NCBI GenBank assembly: GCA_016176465.1
Contig: JACOXD010000004.1
Coordinates: 114,119-178,118 of the forward strand
Reading direction: 5' to 3'
From: Candidatus Daviesbacteria bacterium
Lineage (GTDB): Bacteria; Patescibacteriota; Microgenomatia; Daviesbacterales; UBA10151
DNA length: 64,000 nucleotides
Program-made: the position numbers and the translations under genes
Part shown: positions 39,954 through 50,477 of the stretch, piece by piece
Position numbering within the stretch: position 1 is the first letter of the stretch
Layout of the letters: the number at the start of each line of letters is the position of its first letter
The notes under the pieces: model-generated
What the model was told of the DNA's origin: nothing
The model's input: the letters and a program-made list of their open reading frames with translations, nothing else
The model's database searches: none

Positions 39954-42902
39954 TTATTTAAGTGTAAATTTAATCTCAATGGTACGATCAAACTTTAAGT
40001 CAGTTTTAACACTAATCTCTTGAATTGGGAAAGAATCACTACCTCCAGATAGATTAGCCTGCATATTAATTGGATAAGTTAATATTGGATCGCCGCTTGT
40101 CCCTGGCTGTTTTAAAACATCTAATCTATACCTGTTTTCTTTACCTTTAAAGGCAAGCGGGTTTTGCAATGAATAATTAAGTGTTAAAATCTGCTGCTTT
40201 CTAGGTAAAACCTCAATTAGAGTAGAAAATCCAGTTCTACCATAATCAGAAAAGGGTAAAACTTTAGAGGTAATATCCAAACTTCCAAGTGTTGCTTTAT
40301 CAAGCTTAGTGCCAGATGGCAGATAAACTCTTAATCGGTTTTTATATTTTCCAGCAGGGAAAACATCTGATGGGCTATTGTTTTTATAATTTATTACTAG
40401 CGTATGAAATATTTGGCCTTCTTTGCCAATTAAGGAATTTAGCTTAAAACTTCTTTCTAAATAATAATTTGACTTATTAGCTCCCAAATTAGCATCTATT
40501 ACTGCTAAAAAGTCATCAGTTTGCCCATCAATAATATTGGGCTGTCTTGGTAATACTCCTGCCCAATTTTGGGAGGTTAAGTAAGAAAAAGCCTCTTGAT
40601 TTGTAAGATAAACAAGTAGGTGTTTTTCCTCTAAAGACTCCCCTACTGCTTTAACAATTGCCGGCCAGTTTTGATCATCAAGAAAAAATATTTTATTAAA
40701 CAGTTCGCTTGTAAGTGAGGTTAAAAAATTTTTCTTAGCCTGGGACCCTGGAAAAAAATTTACTTCAGCATGAGAAATTGCTTTTTCAAATAAGTTTTTA
40801 GAAGTTATGGTCTCTTTATAATCACTCAAGGCTAAACCTCCTACTGCTTCAACCAGCTTACTTGATGCCATCAGATCAAGTGCTATAACTCCTTGGAGCT
40901 GTTCCCCAGTTATTTTTTTATATAAAAACTCAGCTTGCCTAGCTGATGTGGGAAAATCAGGTTCAAAATTAGAATCCCTTAAAAATAATCTATTTTGGCC
41001 CAAATCGTTTTTTAAATCTATAGGAGGCTCAATTATTTCTTTTAACTCTCCATCCAAATTATAAATATCATCAACAGCGATTTTTTTAATCTTACCCTTT
41101 TCAAACTCCAATTTGGCAAAAGAACCAATAAACCCACCAGTTGGCCTAAGCTCAAAATTATTTTGCAGTAATATTAAATATTTTTTAGATCCATTAACTG
41201 CTGTCACCTCAGGCAGTAAATATGCTGCTGCTTTAGCTTTCTCTACTAATTCAAGATAAGAATCTAACTTTTTTGTTAAATCCTCAATTCTTACTTTAAG
41301 TTGTCCCGGAGAGGAATCTAAAAGATTTTTATCAGATAAACCTAATTTAACTTTAGCAATTTTTTCACCTGATGAGGTTAGTTCAAGCTGAGCTTTTTGA
41401 TACAAAGCTTGAGGATCTTCGTTTAATTCACCAGAAATTATTTTTGTAGTTTTAAATAACACCTCCATTCCAATTACAGCATGATTAACTCCTTCAATAC
41501 CCTCCTCTGTTAAACTAAAAAGTTCCTCTAAATAATTAAAAACTCCATCAAGTAATCCAATCCTTTTTAAAATTTGAAAGGAATTAATTACCTCCTTACT
41601 TTGCTTAATAGCTTGCATCGCTGCCTTTGTTTCTACTGAGGCTTTCTCAAATTGCCCTAAAGCTATAGCATCCTGAGCAATTTCCAAATGCTGCCTAATT
41701 GTAAAAGCCCCAACTGTTAAAGTTATCAAAGGATATAAAAGTCCAAAAAGAATAATTGCTAATCCTAAAAAAGCTAAAAACTTTCCCTTTGATGGCAATA
41801 TTACTTTTAACTTCTTTTTTTCCTTCCCTTCTTCACCAGAAAAAGGCAAGCCATGCTTCTTTTTAAACTCTTCATGACTTATTTTCAGCTCATTTAAGAG
41901 TTTTCTAACCTCGGATGATGGAGTTTGCATAGCTAAATTCTCACTGGAAGCTTCACCTTTTTTTGGGATTATATCTTCCCTATCAATAAATTCTTTACTG
42001 ATTTGGAAATATTTAAGAGTTTTTTTAAGGGCGTTAATCCATGAGGTTTTTGGTTTCCAGGAAAGCTCTTTAATGGTTTTAGATAAATTAGGAGTTGACC
42101 AGATAGGAAGCGAGGTAAATTTTAACCCATAATTTTCATACCAAATAGGATCATTTAAAACTTTTTTAATTTCTTCCAACTTAATTGGGTCTGGATTTAC
42201 TCCATCGTAAATTTTATTGGCGGTTCCGTTTAAAAATGCGGTTTTTAATATTAGATCAACGGCATCATCTATATATAAAGCCCGAGTGCTAAACTCATCC
42301 AAACTGCCCCCATCAGATAAATTATTAGTTAATGCTTGTCTAATTAAAGAAACTAGTGAATCGTCACTTTTAAGGTTCATTCGCTCTCCAAAAACGCTAC
42401 CTAATCTTATGATTCTTGCATTTAATCTATGCTCTTTAGCATACTTTGCTAAACTAATTTCTAAATGTTTTAGATCAGCGAATTTTCCCAAATTGCGTTT
42501 ATAAAGCTCAATTGAGGAAATTAAAACAAAACGAGGGGAAGTTTCATTATTTTTTTGATAGCGATAAAGAAGTTCAAGAGTATTTAAAAGCTCTGTTAAA
42601 TGAGGAATACCCTCATTGGCTACAAAAAATAAATAATCAATTCTAGCTAATTTAAGATGTATTGCCTCTGTCCCTAAATGATTAATAAAATGAAAATTTT
42701 TATCTTTATTAGCATTTTCCAAAAAAAATTTGTTAGAGCTGCTCAATTGGTCAATGGCAACAACTTGAATGTTTTTCTCAAGTAACCTCTCAGCTAAATG
42801 AGAACCTAAAAAAGAAGCAGCTTTCACGATTAAGGCTACTGGGCGGTTTCGCGAAAGGGATATATTGTAATCTGAGTTAATATTATTAAGTGAGTCTTGC
42901 AC
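39954..42902 (-). CDS. DUF4012 protein fused to an N-terminal NAD-dependent epimerase-like domain
   Basis: ASFLGSHLAERLL/SDR-like N-terminus; TM; YLILLQNNFELRPTGGFIGS, RDSNF.PDFP, N.GANKS. Confidence 0.82.
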   Translation of the reverse strand: MQDSLNNINSDYNISLSRNRPVALIVKAASFLGSHLAERLLEKNIQVVAIDQLSSSNKFFLENANKDKNFHFINHLGTEAIHLKLARIDYLFFVANEGIPHLTELLNTLELLYRYQKNNETSPRFVLISSIELYKRNLGKFADLKHLEISLAKYAKEHRLNARIIRLGSVFGERMNLKSDDSLVSLIRQALTNNLSDGGSLDEFSTRALYIDDAVDLILKTAFLNGTANKIYDGVNPDPIKLEEIKKVLNDPIWYENYGLKFTSLPIWSTPNLSKTIKELSWKPKTSWINALKKTLKYFQISKEFIDREDIIPKKGEASSENLAMQTPSSEVRKLLNELKISHEEFKKKHGLPFSGEEGKEKKKLKVILPSKGKFLAFLGLAIILFGLLYPLITLTVGAFTIRQHLEIAQDAIALGQFEKASVETKAAMQAIKQSKEVINSFQILKRIGLLDGVFNYLEELFSLTEEGIEGVNHAVIGMEVLFKTTKIISGELNEDPQALYQKAQLELTSSGEKIAKVKLGLSDKNLLDSSPGQLKVRIEDLTKKLDSYLELVEKAKAAAYLLPEVTAVNGSKKYLILLQNNFELRPTGGFIGSFAKLEFEKGKIKKIAVDDIYNLDGELKEIIEPPIDLKNDLGQNRLFLRDSNFEPDFPTSARQAEFLYKKITGEQLQGVIALDLMASSKLVEAVGGLALSDYKETITSKNLFEKAISHAEVNFFPGSQAKKNFLTSLTSELFNKIFFLDDQNWPAIVKAVGESLEEKHLLVYLTNQEAFSYLTSQNWAGVLPRQPNIIDGQTDDFLAVIDANLGANKSNYYLERSFKLNSLIGKEGQIFHTLVINYKNNSPSDVFPAGKYKNRLRVYLPSGTKLDKATLGSLDITSKVLPFSDYGRTGFSTLIEVLPRKQQILTLNYSLQNPLAFKGKENRYRLDVLKQPGTSGDPILTYPINMQANLSGGSDSFPIQEISVKTDLKFDRTIEIKFTLK

Positions 42903-42992
42903 GTTTACATCCTAATCTAGTACATGCAAAGTAGCAAGAGAGATCAAAAGTATCGTAATATAGCTGCTGGAATAATTAGAAGTGAAAACCCC

Positions 42993-43454
42993 CTAAAGAC
43001 TTTGTTTAGCTATCAATATAAAAATTATAGAGGTTAAAAAAAACCCTACCAGGAGAAAAATTTTATCTGTATTTTTATACTCCATTAGTTGATCTTGCTT
43101 AAAGGTTGTTGCAGTGTATTTACTTTCTATAAACCCTTTAACTTTATCACTTAGAAAAAATATATTTTCTTTATTTTTTCCTCTTACTTCACTTTCTATA
43201 TGATTTGGACCATATTTAAAAATATAGATTCTTGTATCATTTAACTCTAAAGATGTGGAATTCTTAATATCTTCACGAAGCTTTTTAACTACTTCATCAA
43301 TTGAGGTTTGACTTGAGCTAAATCTTAGCTCAAAATATGAGTTAACCTTTATCTGCTTGGGTTCCATAATATAAAGATAAAAGGGCAAGCATAGGGCAAA
43401 AATTATTAGAATAAAAAGTACACTTATCTTTTTAACAGTTTTATGAATACTCAT
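42993..43454 (-). CDS. Hypothetical membrane protein
   Basis: TMs at both ends. Confidence 0.55.
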   Translation of the reverse strand: MSIHKTVKKISVLFILIIFALCLPFYLYIMEPKQIKVNSYFELRFSSSQTSIDEVVKKLREDIKNSTSLELNDTRIYIFKYGPNHIESEVRGKNKENIFFLSDKVKGFIESKYTATTFKQDQLMEYKNTDKIFLLVGFFLTSIIFILIAKQSL

Positions 43455-43854
43455 CTAACGCCTTATTTGCCAGCCTATCGGCAATAAAATTTTCTCTTCT
43501 GGGCACATTTTTATAACTTATCACTCCCAAGTTCTCTTCCACCTCTTTAATTTTTGAGAAATACTCTTTGAGTTTTAAGTTTTTAATTTTATAGACTCCG
43601 GAGAGTTGTTTTGTAATTAACTGTGAATCAGAAATAATCTTCACTTCATGAGGAGCTTTTCTACTAAAATAAGTCTTTATATATTCCAGCGCCTTTAATA
43701 CTGCTACATATTCTGCAATATTATTGGTAGCAGTGCCAATTGTTTTTCCTTCCTGATGCAAAATTACACCCAAGTGGGTTTTAATTATAAAACCATAAGA
43801 GGAGGGACCTGGATTACCCCTGGATGCACCATCAGTGTTAACTATTAATTTCAT
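43441..43854 (-). CDS. rnhA: Ribonuclease HI
   Basis: DGASRGNPG, TNN.AEY, DS.L, VPR.EN..AD.LAN. Confidence 0.92.
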   Translation of the reverse strand: MKLIVNTDGASRGNPGPSSYGFIIKTHLGVILHQEGKTIGTATNNIAEYVAVLKALEYIKTYFSRKAPHEVKIISDSQLITKQLSGVYKIKNLKLKEYFSKIKEVEENLGVISYKNVPRRENFIADRLANKALDEYS

Positions 43855-45073
43855 CTTTGAATTTAAAGTAGAGGATAGTTAGAAGTAAAAATAAAATCAA
43901 GTACTCAGAAATACCGGTAATGGCTGATGCAGCAATGAAGGAATAGGAAGGAATGAAGACTAAATTAAGAAAAATATTGATAATTAAACCAAAAGCATAA
44001 ATTAAAGCTAACGATTTATACTCCTTTAAAGTCAAAAAAACCCACATTAAAAGCGAGGACAGAAAATAAGCCGGAAAGGATAAGGAAAGAATTTTTAAAC
44101 TTAGAGAAGCTGGCTGAAAACCACTATTAGCAATTATTTTAATAACTAAATCAGCTAAAGTAAAAATAACTAGGCTTGCTAAAATTGAAATTAAAAATAA
44201 AATTACTCCCGCTAGTTTAATCTCCTTAAAAAATTTTATTTTGTTAAAAGAGAAACTTTGGACCATTAGGGGATAGAAACCATTCATAATAAAGGTAGGT
44301 ATAACTAATATGTTTTGAAAAACTTGATAGGCAAGGTTGTAATTTCCGGAACTGGAAATCCCATGATAAAAAGAAAGAATAAACGTATCAATTCGAAAAT
44401 ATAGTGAATTTAAAACAAGAGTAAGCGAGATAGGCCAAGAAACTAAAAGCAAGCCTTTAATATATAAAAAAGAGGGCACTTCTAATTTAAAACGATAAAA
44501 CTTTTTTATTAAAATAAAGGAAGTAGTATTACTCATCAAATCACCCAAAACCAATCCCAAATTAAGTAGATACACGGGCAGTTTCATCAGTCCAAGGGCA
44601 ATAATTAAAGGTATTTGAACCAATGAATCAAGTGAAGAAGCAATTACAGAAAGGTTATATTTTAACCTGTATTGAAAAATTAAATTAAATGAATTATATA
44701 AAGCCATTCCTGTAATAGTTAAGGAACCAAATAAAACAGCTAGCTTAAAATCGTCACTTCCTAGAGGAAGTAAAAAAGCAACAACACTAGATCCCACTAC
44801 CAAAACTAAACTCCAAATCAATCTAAAGTTAAAAAGCTTATTAGCCTCATTGGGAGAACTCTTTAATCTTGGCAAGACAATAGCATTTAATCCTAAATCA
44901 GAGGCTAAATAAAAAAAGGAGAGAAATGTCAAAGCTAAAGTAAAAACCCCAGTTCCGTCTTCTCCATAAAAACGAGCAATAAATCCTAAAATAAATAAAG
45001 TGGCCAGGCTGTTTACTACTTTACCCAGTATTTGGTAACTTGTTTGCTGAAATACTTTTCTTAAAATTTCCAC
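43838..45073 (-). CDS. Wzx-like polysaccharide flippase
   Basis: About 12 TMs, DLG, LYFRID..ILS, G.Y.LAY, LN..FIP. Confidence 0.85.
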   Translation of the reverse strand: MEILRKVFQQTSYQILGKVVNSLATLFILGFIARFYGEDGTGVFTLALTFLSFFYLASDLGLNAIVLPRLKSSPNEANKLFNFRLIWSLVLVVGSSVVAFLLPLGSDDFKLAVLFGSLTITGMALYNSFNLIFQYRLKYNLSVIASSLDSLVQIPLIIALGLMKLPVYLLNLGLVLGDLMSNTTSFILIKKFYRFKLEVPSFLYIKGLLLVSWPISLTLVLNSLYFRIDTFILSFYHGISSSGNYNLAYQVFQNILVIPTFIMNGFYPLMVQSFSFNKIKFFKEIKLAGVILFLISILASLVIFTLADLVIKIIANSGFQPASLSLKILSLSFPAYFLSSLLMWVFLTLKEYKSLALIYAFGLIINIFLNLVFIPSYSFIAASAITGISEYLILFLLLTILYFKFKDEINS

Positions 45074-46334
45074 TTTTTAATTCTAGCATGCTAAAACCCC
45101 AGACTAAAAAGAACAATCTTTGACCTTGGGGAAGCGTTAAAAAATAATGGTCAAACATTCCCAAAATTAATATACTAAACCAAGTAAAAATTAAAACATT
45201 TTTTAAAAATACAGGCTTAATCTTTAAAAGTTTATAAAGAGGAAAAAATATTAAAATAGAAAATCCTAAAAAACCTACAATTCCAGTTTCTGCTAAGCTT
45301 AATAAGAAAATATTATGTACAGGTTGCAAAAAACGAGTTTGACCAGCTATTACCGAAGATGCCGACGTTGCATTAATAAAATTATTAAGTCCGATTCCAA
45401 ATATCGGGGAGTTAAAAAAATGAATTAGAGAAACTTCTGCTAATTGTTCTCTGCGGATTAATGAGATGTAATCAAAACTAAATGTAGAAAAAAACCTAGT
45501 AAATAAAAAGGGAGAGGCAAGGGCAAGTAGTATTAAAATCAAAAGTAATCTTTTTTTTCTGAAAAAGAGAATAATTTGTAAGAAAAAAATAGCTAGAGCG
45601 ATTCTTGAAAAAGTCAGTATGATAAGCAAAGCTCCAAGGACTTGAATAGAAAAATTTATTTTAGATTTAACCAATAAATTTATTATTGGCAAAGTAATTA
45701 CTAAAAAACCAGCAAAGACATTAGGATGAGGGAAAGTACCATATGGTCGCAAAAAAATCTGATCAAAGTAATTAAACTTTGCAATAGAGGGAGTTGATAG
45801 GTTAAATTCTCTCTCTCCTAATATCCAAAACCCTAAAGAGTGGGATAAAAAAAATTGCCCTAACCCTAAAAAACACTCAAGCAAAATGGAACTACTCAAA
45901 CCCAAGAAAAGATTTTTTTTAATATCTGATAGATTTTTACTTGCGATATAAATTCCTAAAAAGGATGCTAAAAATAGCTGCTCCAAACGAAATAAACTAG
46001 CTCCTAAATTACTGGTATTAAATAAAGATAAAACTTGCGTGAGAAGGAAAAAGAGAGTCAAAAGTAGCGCTTTAGAGTTAATTTTTGATTTATTTCTGGA
46101 AGAAACTATATTTAAAAGAAAACAAAATAGCAAACTTAAAATTAAAAGATCCCAAAAAAAGATTGTTGGGGATAGATAATCAATTTTTAAAGAATAAATA
46201 TAACTAAAATCAAACCAAAAGTGTCTGCCAAGCTGAGTGGGAAGAAAAAATATAATTAAAAAAAATAAATAGCTTTCTAATTTTGCAAAAAAATTAAGAT
46301 CCCTTGGAAGTAACTTTTTTAGAGGATTTTTCAT
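45021..46334 (-). CDS. O-antigen ligase-family protein
   Basis: RPYGTF.HPN, TFSR, GIG..NF, HN.FL..LAETGIVG. Confidence 0.88.
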   Translation of the reverse strand: MKNPLKKLLPRDLNFFAKLESYLFFLIIFFLPTQLGRHFWFDFSYIYSLKIDYLSPTIFFWDLLILSLLFCFLLNIVSSRNKSKINSKALLLTLFFLLTQVLSLFNTSNLGASLFRLEQLFLASFLGIYIASKNLSDIKKNLFLGLSSSILLECFLGLGQFFLSHSLGFWILGEREFNLSTPSIAKFNYFDQIFLRPYGTFPHPNVFAGFLVITLPIINLLVKSKINFSIQVLGALLIILTFSRIALAIFFLQIILFFRKKRLLLILILLALASPFLFTRFFSTFSFDYISLIRREQLAEVSLIHFFNSPIFGIGLNNFINATSASSVIAGQTRFLQPVHNIFLLSLAETGIVGFLGFSILIFFPLYKLLKIKPVFLKNVLIFTWFSILILGMFDHYFLTLPQGQRLFFLVWGFSMLELKSGNFKKSISANKLPNTG

Positions 46335-46815
46335 TTACTTTTTCCCCTGGGGCAGGCTTAATAATTATATGACGGTTAATCCCTTCACCTAAACTTTCTG
46401 ATTCTACACCTTCAGTGCCAGAAATTGTTAGATGAATTACTCTTCTTTCCCAAGCAGGCATTGGTTCAAGCTCCATTTGCTCACTTGTTTCTATCACTTT
46501 TTGCGCCCAAGCTCTAGCCTTATGAGCTAAATCTTCCTCTCTTGATTTTCTCCAATTAGAAACATCAATGACCACTTTTTTAAATTCTTCTCCTTCTTTG
46601 AGGGATTTTGCTAAAATTTGATTAACTATTAGCTGAAGGGCAGATAAAGTCTCTCCATGCCTGCCTATTAATTTACCAGCATCGATAATCTCAATAGAGG
46701 CAGCTATATAATCGGCGCTTTCTTCAACCTCAAATGAACCCTCAAGCGAGAGTAAACCTAATATATTTTCTAAAATCTCAGAAACTTTATTTTCGTAGAA
46801 AACCTTATTCTCCAT
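46294..46815 (-). CDS. jag: Jag/EloR RNA-binding protein (KH + R3H)
   Basis: LIGRHGETL.ALQ, ERRVIH; position after yidC. Confidence 0.9.
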   Translation of the reverse strand: MENKVFYENKVSEILENILGLLSLEGSFEVEESADYIAASIEIIDAGKLIGRHGETLSALQLIVNQILAKSLKEGEEFKKVVIDVSNWRKSREEDLAHKARAWAQKVIETSEQMELEPMPAWERRVIHLTISGTEGVESESLGEGINRHIIIKPAPGEKVNEKSSKKVTSKGS

Positions 46816-47665
46816 GAGAACCTCCTTTTCCATTAACACCCCTTAATCTATTAATAATCCCATCCATTCCACCCCATCCTGAAAGTAGGTACTGTTGGAT
46901 TATGCCGATTAATGTAAACATATTCCAGTAAACAGAAAGGCCGGTCGGGAATTGCCAGGAGAAAAAACCAATCATAACCGGCATCATATAAACCATTTGC
47001 CCCTGGATAGCACTCATAGCATCCTCAGCTTTCTCTTTCTCTTTCATCTCTTTAGGTAAATCTGAAGGATATTTTTTAACAGGCTTTGGCATAATCATTT
47101 TTGATTGAATAAAGGTCAATACCGCTGTTAAGAGTGGGATCAAAAGCAAGAGGTAACCGTGTTGGACAAACTCAGCAGGCTTATAAGTTAGGTTGATCCC
47201 TAAAAAATTAGGATCAGGGGGGGAAGATAACTTCATGACAGGAAAATATAGCATTTCGTTAATTTGTTTTAAACCACTCGGACCGGAAAAAAAAGCAAAA
47301 ATCGCCTGATAAAGCGCGATTAGAATTGGAAACTGAATTAAAGTAGGCAGACACCCAGCAGCAGGATTGACCCCATGTTCTTTATATAACTGCATTTGGG
47401 CTTTGGCAAAAGCTTGTTTATCCCCTGCATGCTTTTTTTTAAGCTCATCCATATGAGGCTTTAAATCAGCCATTTTTTTAGCAGATTTTAATTGCCGAGA
47501 AATTGCCGGCCAAGTAACTAGCCTTATAAGTAAAGTTAAAATAATAATGGAAAATCCTAACGCTCCTGGGATTCCCAGGTATTGAAGTGTATTGATTAAA
47601 AATACCAACAAGTTAATTAAGGGAGCTAAAAAAACAGTATTGAATAAATCAAAAATTACCTGCAC
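46805..47665 (-). CDS. yidC: Membrane protein insertase
   Basis: LYKEHGVNP..GCLP.LIQ.PI, GL..YW. Confidence 0.93.
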   Translation of the reverse strand: MQVIFDLFNTVFLAPLINLLVFLINTLQYLGIPGALGFSIIILTLLIRLVTWPAISRQLKSAKKMADLKPHMDELKKKHAGDKQAFAKAQMQLYKEHGVNPAAGCLPTLIQFPILIALYQAIFAFFSGPSGLKQINEMLYFPVMKLSSPPDPNFLGINLTYKPAEFVQHGYLLLLIPLLTAVLTFIQSKMIMPKPVKKYPSDLPKEMKEKEKAEDAMSAIQGQMVYMMPVMIGFFSWQFPTGLSVYWNMFTLIGIIQQYLLSGWGGMDGIINRLRGVNGKGGSHGE

Positions 47666-47856
47666 GAAATTATCCTCCTTAATCCTAAATAAACTCCTCT
47701 AATGCTGCCATACTCAGCAATCATTTGCTTTGTATACTGCGAACAAGTTGGGTAATTTCGACAACTTCCTCCCGGAGCAAAGTAAGATAAAACACCATGA
47801 TCAAATGAAAGGAATTTTTGGTAAAAATCAATTAGGGATAATAATATCTTGGACAT
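47656..47856 (-). CDS. yidD: Membrane protein insertion efficiency factor
   Basis: YQKF.S, CR.YPTCSQY, RI..C. Confidence 0.88.
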   Translation of the reverse strand: MSKILLSLIDFYQKFLSFDHGVLSYFAPGGSCRNYPTCSQYTKQMIAEYGSIRGVYLGLRRIISCR

Positions 47857-48163
47857 TTTGTAAATCTTTAGCAACCAAAGTAGGATTTGCTTTTAAAATA
47901 TTGACTTTAGGCATGATAACTAAATTCAAATTTTTAATCAATAGCGGATAAGTTAGGTCAGTAGCGCTGAAAGCTAATCTTTTAGCCTTGTTTCGCTGTG
48001 TTGATTTAGGAAAGTATATTTTAGAAAGGGCAATTCCAATTAAGGGATTTTCATTTTCTCCGAGTCTAAAATTAAGTTTTAAATATTTTGTTTCTTTTTT
48101 ATCTCCTTTGGCTACCCACTTAAAACTTTTTGATAAATTTAGCCTTTTATTTTTAGGAAGCAT
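47828..48163 (-). CDS. rnpA: RNase P protein component
   Basis: MLPK..RL, RNKAKR; synteny. Confidence 0.85.
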   Translation of the reverse strand: MLPKNKRLNLSKSFKWVAKGDKKETKYLKLNFRLGENENPLIGIALSKIYFPKSTQRNKAKRLAFSATDLTYPLLIKNLNLVIMPKVNILKANPTLVAKDLQNVQDIIIPN

Positions 48164-48173
48164 AGGAAAAAGT

Positions 48174-48314
48174 TTAGATTGTTAAACGATGAGCACCTTT
48201 TAACCGTCTTCGTTTCAAAATTAACTGTCCGGTTTTAGAAGACATTCGAGCCCTAAATCCATGTTTTTTTTGGCGCTTAGCTTTTTTAGGCTGGTAGGTA
48301 CGTTTAGTAGACAT
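48174..48314 (-). CDS. rpmH: 50S ribosomal protein L34
   Basis: KRTYQP...HGFRARM...RRR.KG. Confidence 0.95.
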   Translation of the reverse strand: MSTKRTYQPKKAKRQKKHGFRARMSSKTGQLILKRRRLKGAHRLTI

Positions 48315-48339
48315 GGGGACAAGTATACTATACTTACCC

Positions 48340-48413
48340 GGGATACGAAATATGTAATATGAAATATGTTTACTTATTGTGTCTCGTATTCCGTATCTCA
48401 TATCACATATCCC
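48340..48413. repeat. Inverted pair of heptamer arrays between rpmH and dnaA
   Basis: ggatacg aaatatg taatatg aaatatg ... cgtattc cgtatct catatca catatcc. Confidence 0.75.
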
Positions 48414-48458
48414 AAAAATATATTTGATCCATTAATTAATAGTTTCTCTCTCTTTACC

Positions 48459-48477
48459 TGTTGATAACTTATCCACT
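48459..48477. promoter_or_regulatory. DnaA boxes upstream of dnaA
   Basis: TGTTGATAA and TTATCCACT, back to back. Confidence 0.7.
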
Positions 48478-48488
48478 AATATAGCTTC

Positions 48489-49820
48489 ATGGACGAAAAG
48501 GAGAGAAAAAAGATCTGGACGAAGATAACTGATGTTATTAAAGAAGAAATCTCATCAGCCAATTTTAGAACCTGGTTTTCTCAAACAGTGCTGGGAGAAA
48601 TAAGTAATGAAAAGATGGTGATATTTGTCACTTCTGCATTCATTAAAAACCAGCTCTTATCACGCTATCAATCTTTACTTGAAGAGGCTATTGAAAAAAC
48701 TTTGGGCAAAAAAATGGTGGTTGAATGTAAAATAAACACCACAATCAACTCAATTTCGGAAGAAAGTTTTGAGCTGGAAACTCCTCCACGACTACAATCT
48801 TTTGTAGGCCTTAACCCAAGATATACTTTAGCCAATTTTGTGGTTGGATTAACCAATAACTTAGCTTATGCAGCGGCTCAAGCCGTTGTCCAAAACCCAG
48901 GCATCTCTTATAACCCTTTATTTATTTACGGTCCATCAGGGGTAGGGAAGACTCACCTGATGCAAGCTATTGGTAATGCCATTTTTGGCAAAAATTCCTA
49001 CTCAAAAATAGTTTATGCTCCCTCAGAACGCTTTATGGTTGATTTTGTGGATTCAATTCAAAATAAAAAAACAGGAGATTTCCGCTCAAAATACCGATCC
49101 TCCAATTTATTATTAATAGATGATATCCAGTTCATAGCTGGAAAAGATTCCACACAGGAGGAGTTTTTCCATACTTTTAATGAATTACACTCCAAAAATT
49201 GCCAGATTGTTTTGACTTCAGATAGACCTCCTAATGAAATGGTAAAATTAGAATCCAGGTTACTCTCCAGATTCCAAGGGGGATTAATGGTGGACATTCA
49301 ATTACCTGACTTTGATACCCGGATGGCAATATTAAAAACTAAATTAAAAGAGCGAGAAGAAACCCTTCCTGAGGAATATCTTAAGCTAATTGCTGAAAAT
49401 ATAGAATCCAACACAAGAGAGCTTGAAGGGAAGCTTATTCAAATACTGCAAATGAGCAAACTAAGCAACCAACCCCTAAATGAAGACTCGGTTAGGAAGT
49501 TTTTGGGATCTAGACATAAACAATTATCAGCTAATATAGATCATAAAAAAGTTCTAACAACTTTAAATAACTATTTTAATATAAAAACAGCGGATTTAAC
49601 TGGTCCTAGACGGCAAAAAGAATTAGTTTTACCCAGGCATTTGGCAATGTATATTCTTTACGAAGAGTGCAAAATTCCCATGGAAAAGATTGGTCAAATT
49701 TTAGGAGGTAGGGATCACACTACTATTTTGCATGGGATTGAAAAAATAAGGGGTAATTTAGGAAGGGACCGGGAAGTACAAAGACTACTGATTGAAATAA
49801 AACAACAGCTTCTAAATTAA
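48489..49820 (+). CDS. dnaA: Chromosomal replication initiator
   Basis: YNPLFIYGPSGVGKTHL, DDIQF, QEEFFHTFN, GGRDHTT. Confidence 0.98.
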   Translation: MDEKERKKIWTKITDVIKEEISSANFRTWFSQTVLGEISNEKMVIFVTSAFIKNQLLSRYQSLLEEAIEKTLGKKMVVECKINTTINSISEESFELETPPRLQSFVGLNPRYTLANFVVGLTNNLAYAAAQAVVQNPGISYNPLFIYGPSGVGKTHLMQAIGNAIFGKNSYSKIVYAPSERFMVDFVDSIQNKKTGDFRSKYRSSNLLLIDDIQFIAGKDSTQEEFFHTFNELHSKNCQIVLTSDRPPNEMVKLESRLLSRFQGGLMVDIQLPDFDTRMAILKTKLKEREETLPEEYLKLIAENIESNTRELEGKLIQILQMSKLSNQPLNEDSVRKFLGSRHKQLSANIDHKKVLTTLNNYFNIKTADLTGPRRQKELVLPRHLAMYILYEECKIPMEKIGQILGGRDHTTILHGIEKIRGNLGRDREVQRLLIEIKQQLLN

Positions 49821-50002
49821 ATATCCACATTTCCCCTTTAGTTATCCACATACTTTTCCACAATTTTAAAGTATTTTTCAACACGAAAAAAGTTCGAAAT
49901 CTATTCTTAAATTGCTTGGTTTTTAAACTTATGCACATGCTCTATAATAGCTATTACTAATTTGAATATATTATATTTATCTAGAAATAAGTGGACAACT
50001 AA
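49821..50002. other. Probable oriC (DnaA box cluster plus AT-rich tract)
   Basis: ATATCCACA 49821, TTATCCACA 49842, TTTTCCACA 49854, TTATGCACA 49929, AGTGGACAA 49990. Confidence 0.8.
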
Positions 50003-50461
50003 ATGGAAATAAATTGGGTTGTTATTTTATTTATTGTACTTGGGTTGATAATTGCTTATTTAATCGGCAGACTGCAAGCAAAACCAAAATCAAGCGATAT
50101 TCCACAAGATTTCATAGATTTGTATAAACAAGTTGAAGGACTACCTTTAAGAGTTTTACAAACCATTCAAGGCTCAATTAATCCCCAGAAAGGAAAAATG
50201 GCAGAGCTTTTAACCTATGCAGAGCTTAGATATGATTATGATCGGATCATTCCGCTAGGTTGGCCAATTGATTTTATTGGAATTAAAAATAATGAGCGGA
50301 TTGATTTTATAGAAGTTAAATCAGGAAACTTTGCACTCTTGACAGATGAGGAAAAACACATTAAAAACCTTATAGTTAAAGGATCTGTTCATTTTAGATT
50401 AATTAAAGTAACAGAAGAAGAAATTTCTAAATTTATTTCTGCCCAAAAGGAAGGAAATTGA
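50003..50461 (+). CDS. Membrane-anchored PD-(D/E)xK nuclease, Holliday-junction-resolvase-like
   Basis: N-terminal TM; GKMAE, LG.PIDFI, FIEVKSG..L...E..IK. Confidence 0.75.
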   Translation: MEINWVVILFIVLGLIIAYLIGRLQAKPKSSDIPQDFIDLYKQVEGLPLRVLQTIQGSINPQKGKMAELLTYAELRYDYDRIIPLGWPIDFIGIKNNERIDFIEVKSGNFALLTDEEKHIKNLIVKGSVHFRLIKVTEEEISKFISAQKEGN

Positions 50462-50477
50462 CAGTAATCAATTAACA

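Noticed and set aside
48315-48401. N-terminal extension of L34
   Set aside because: Translation of the heptamer hairpin; the canonical start is at 48314.
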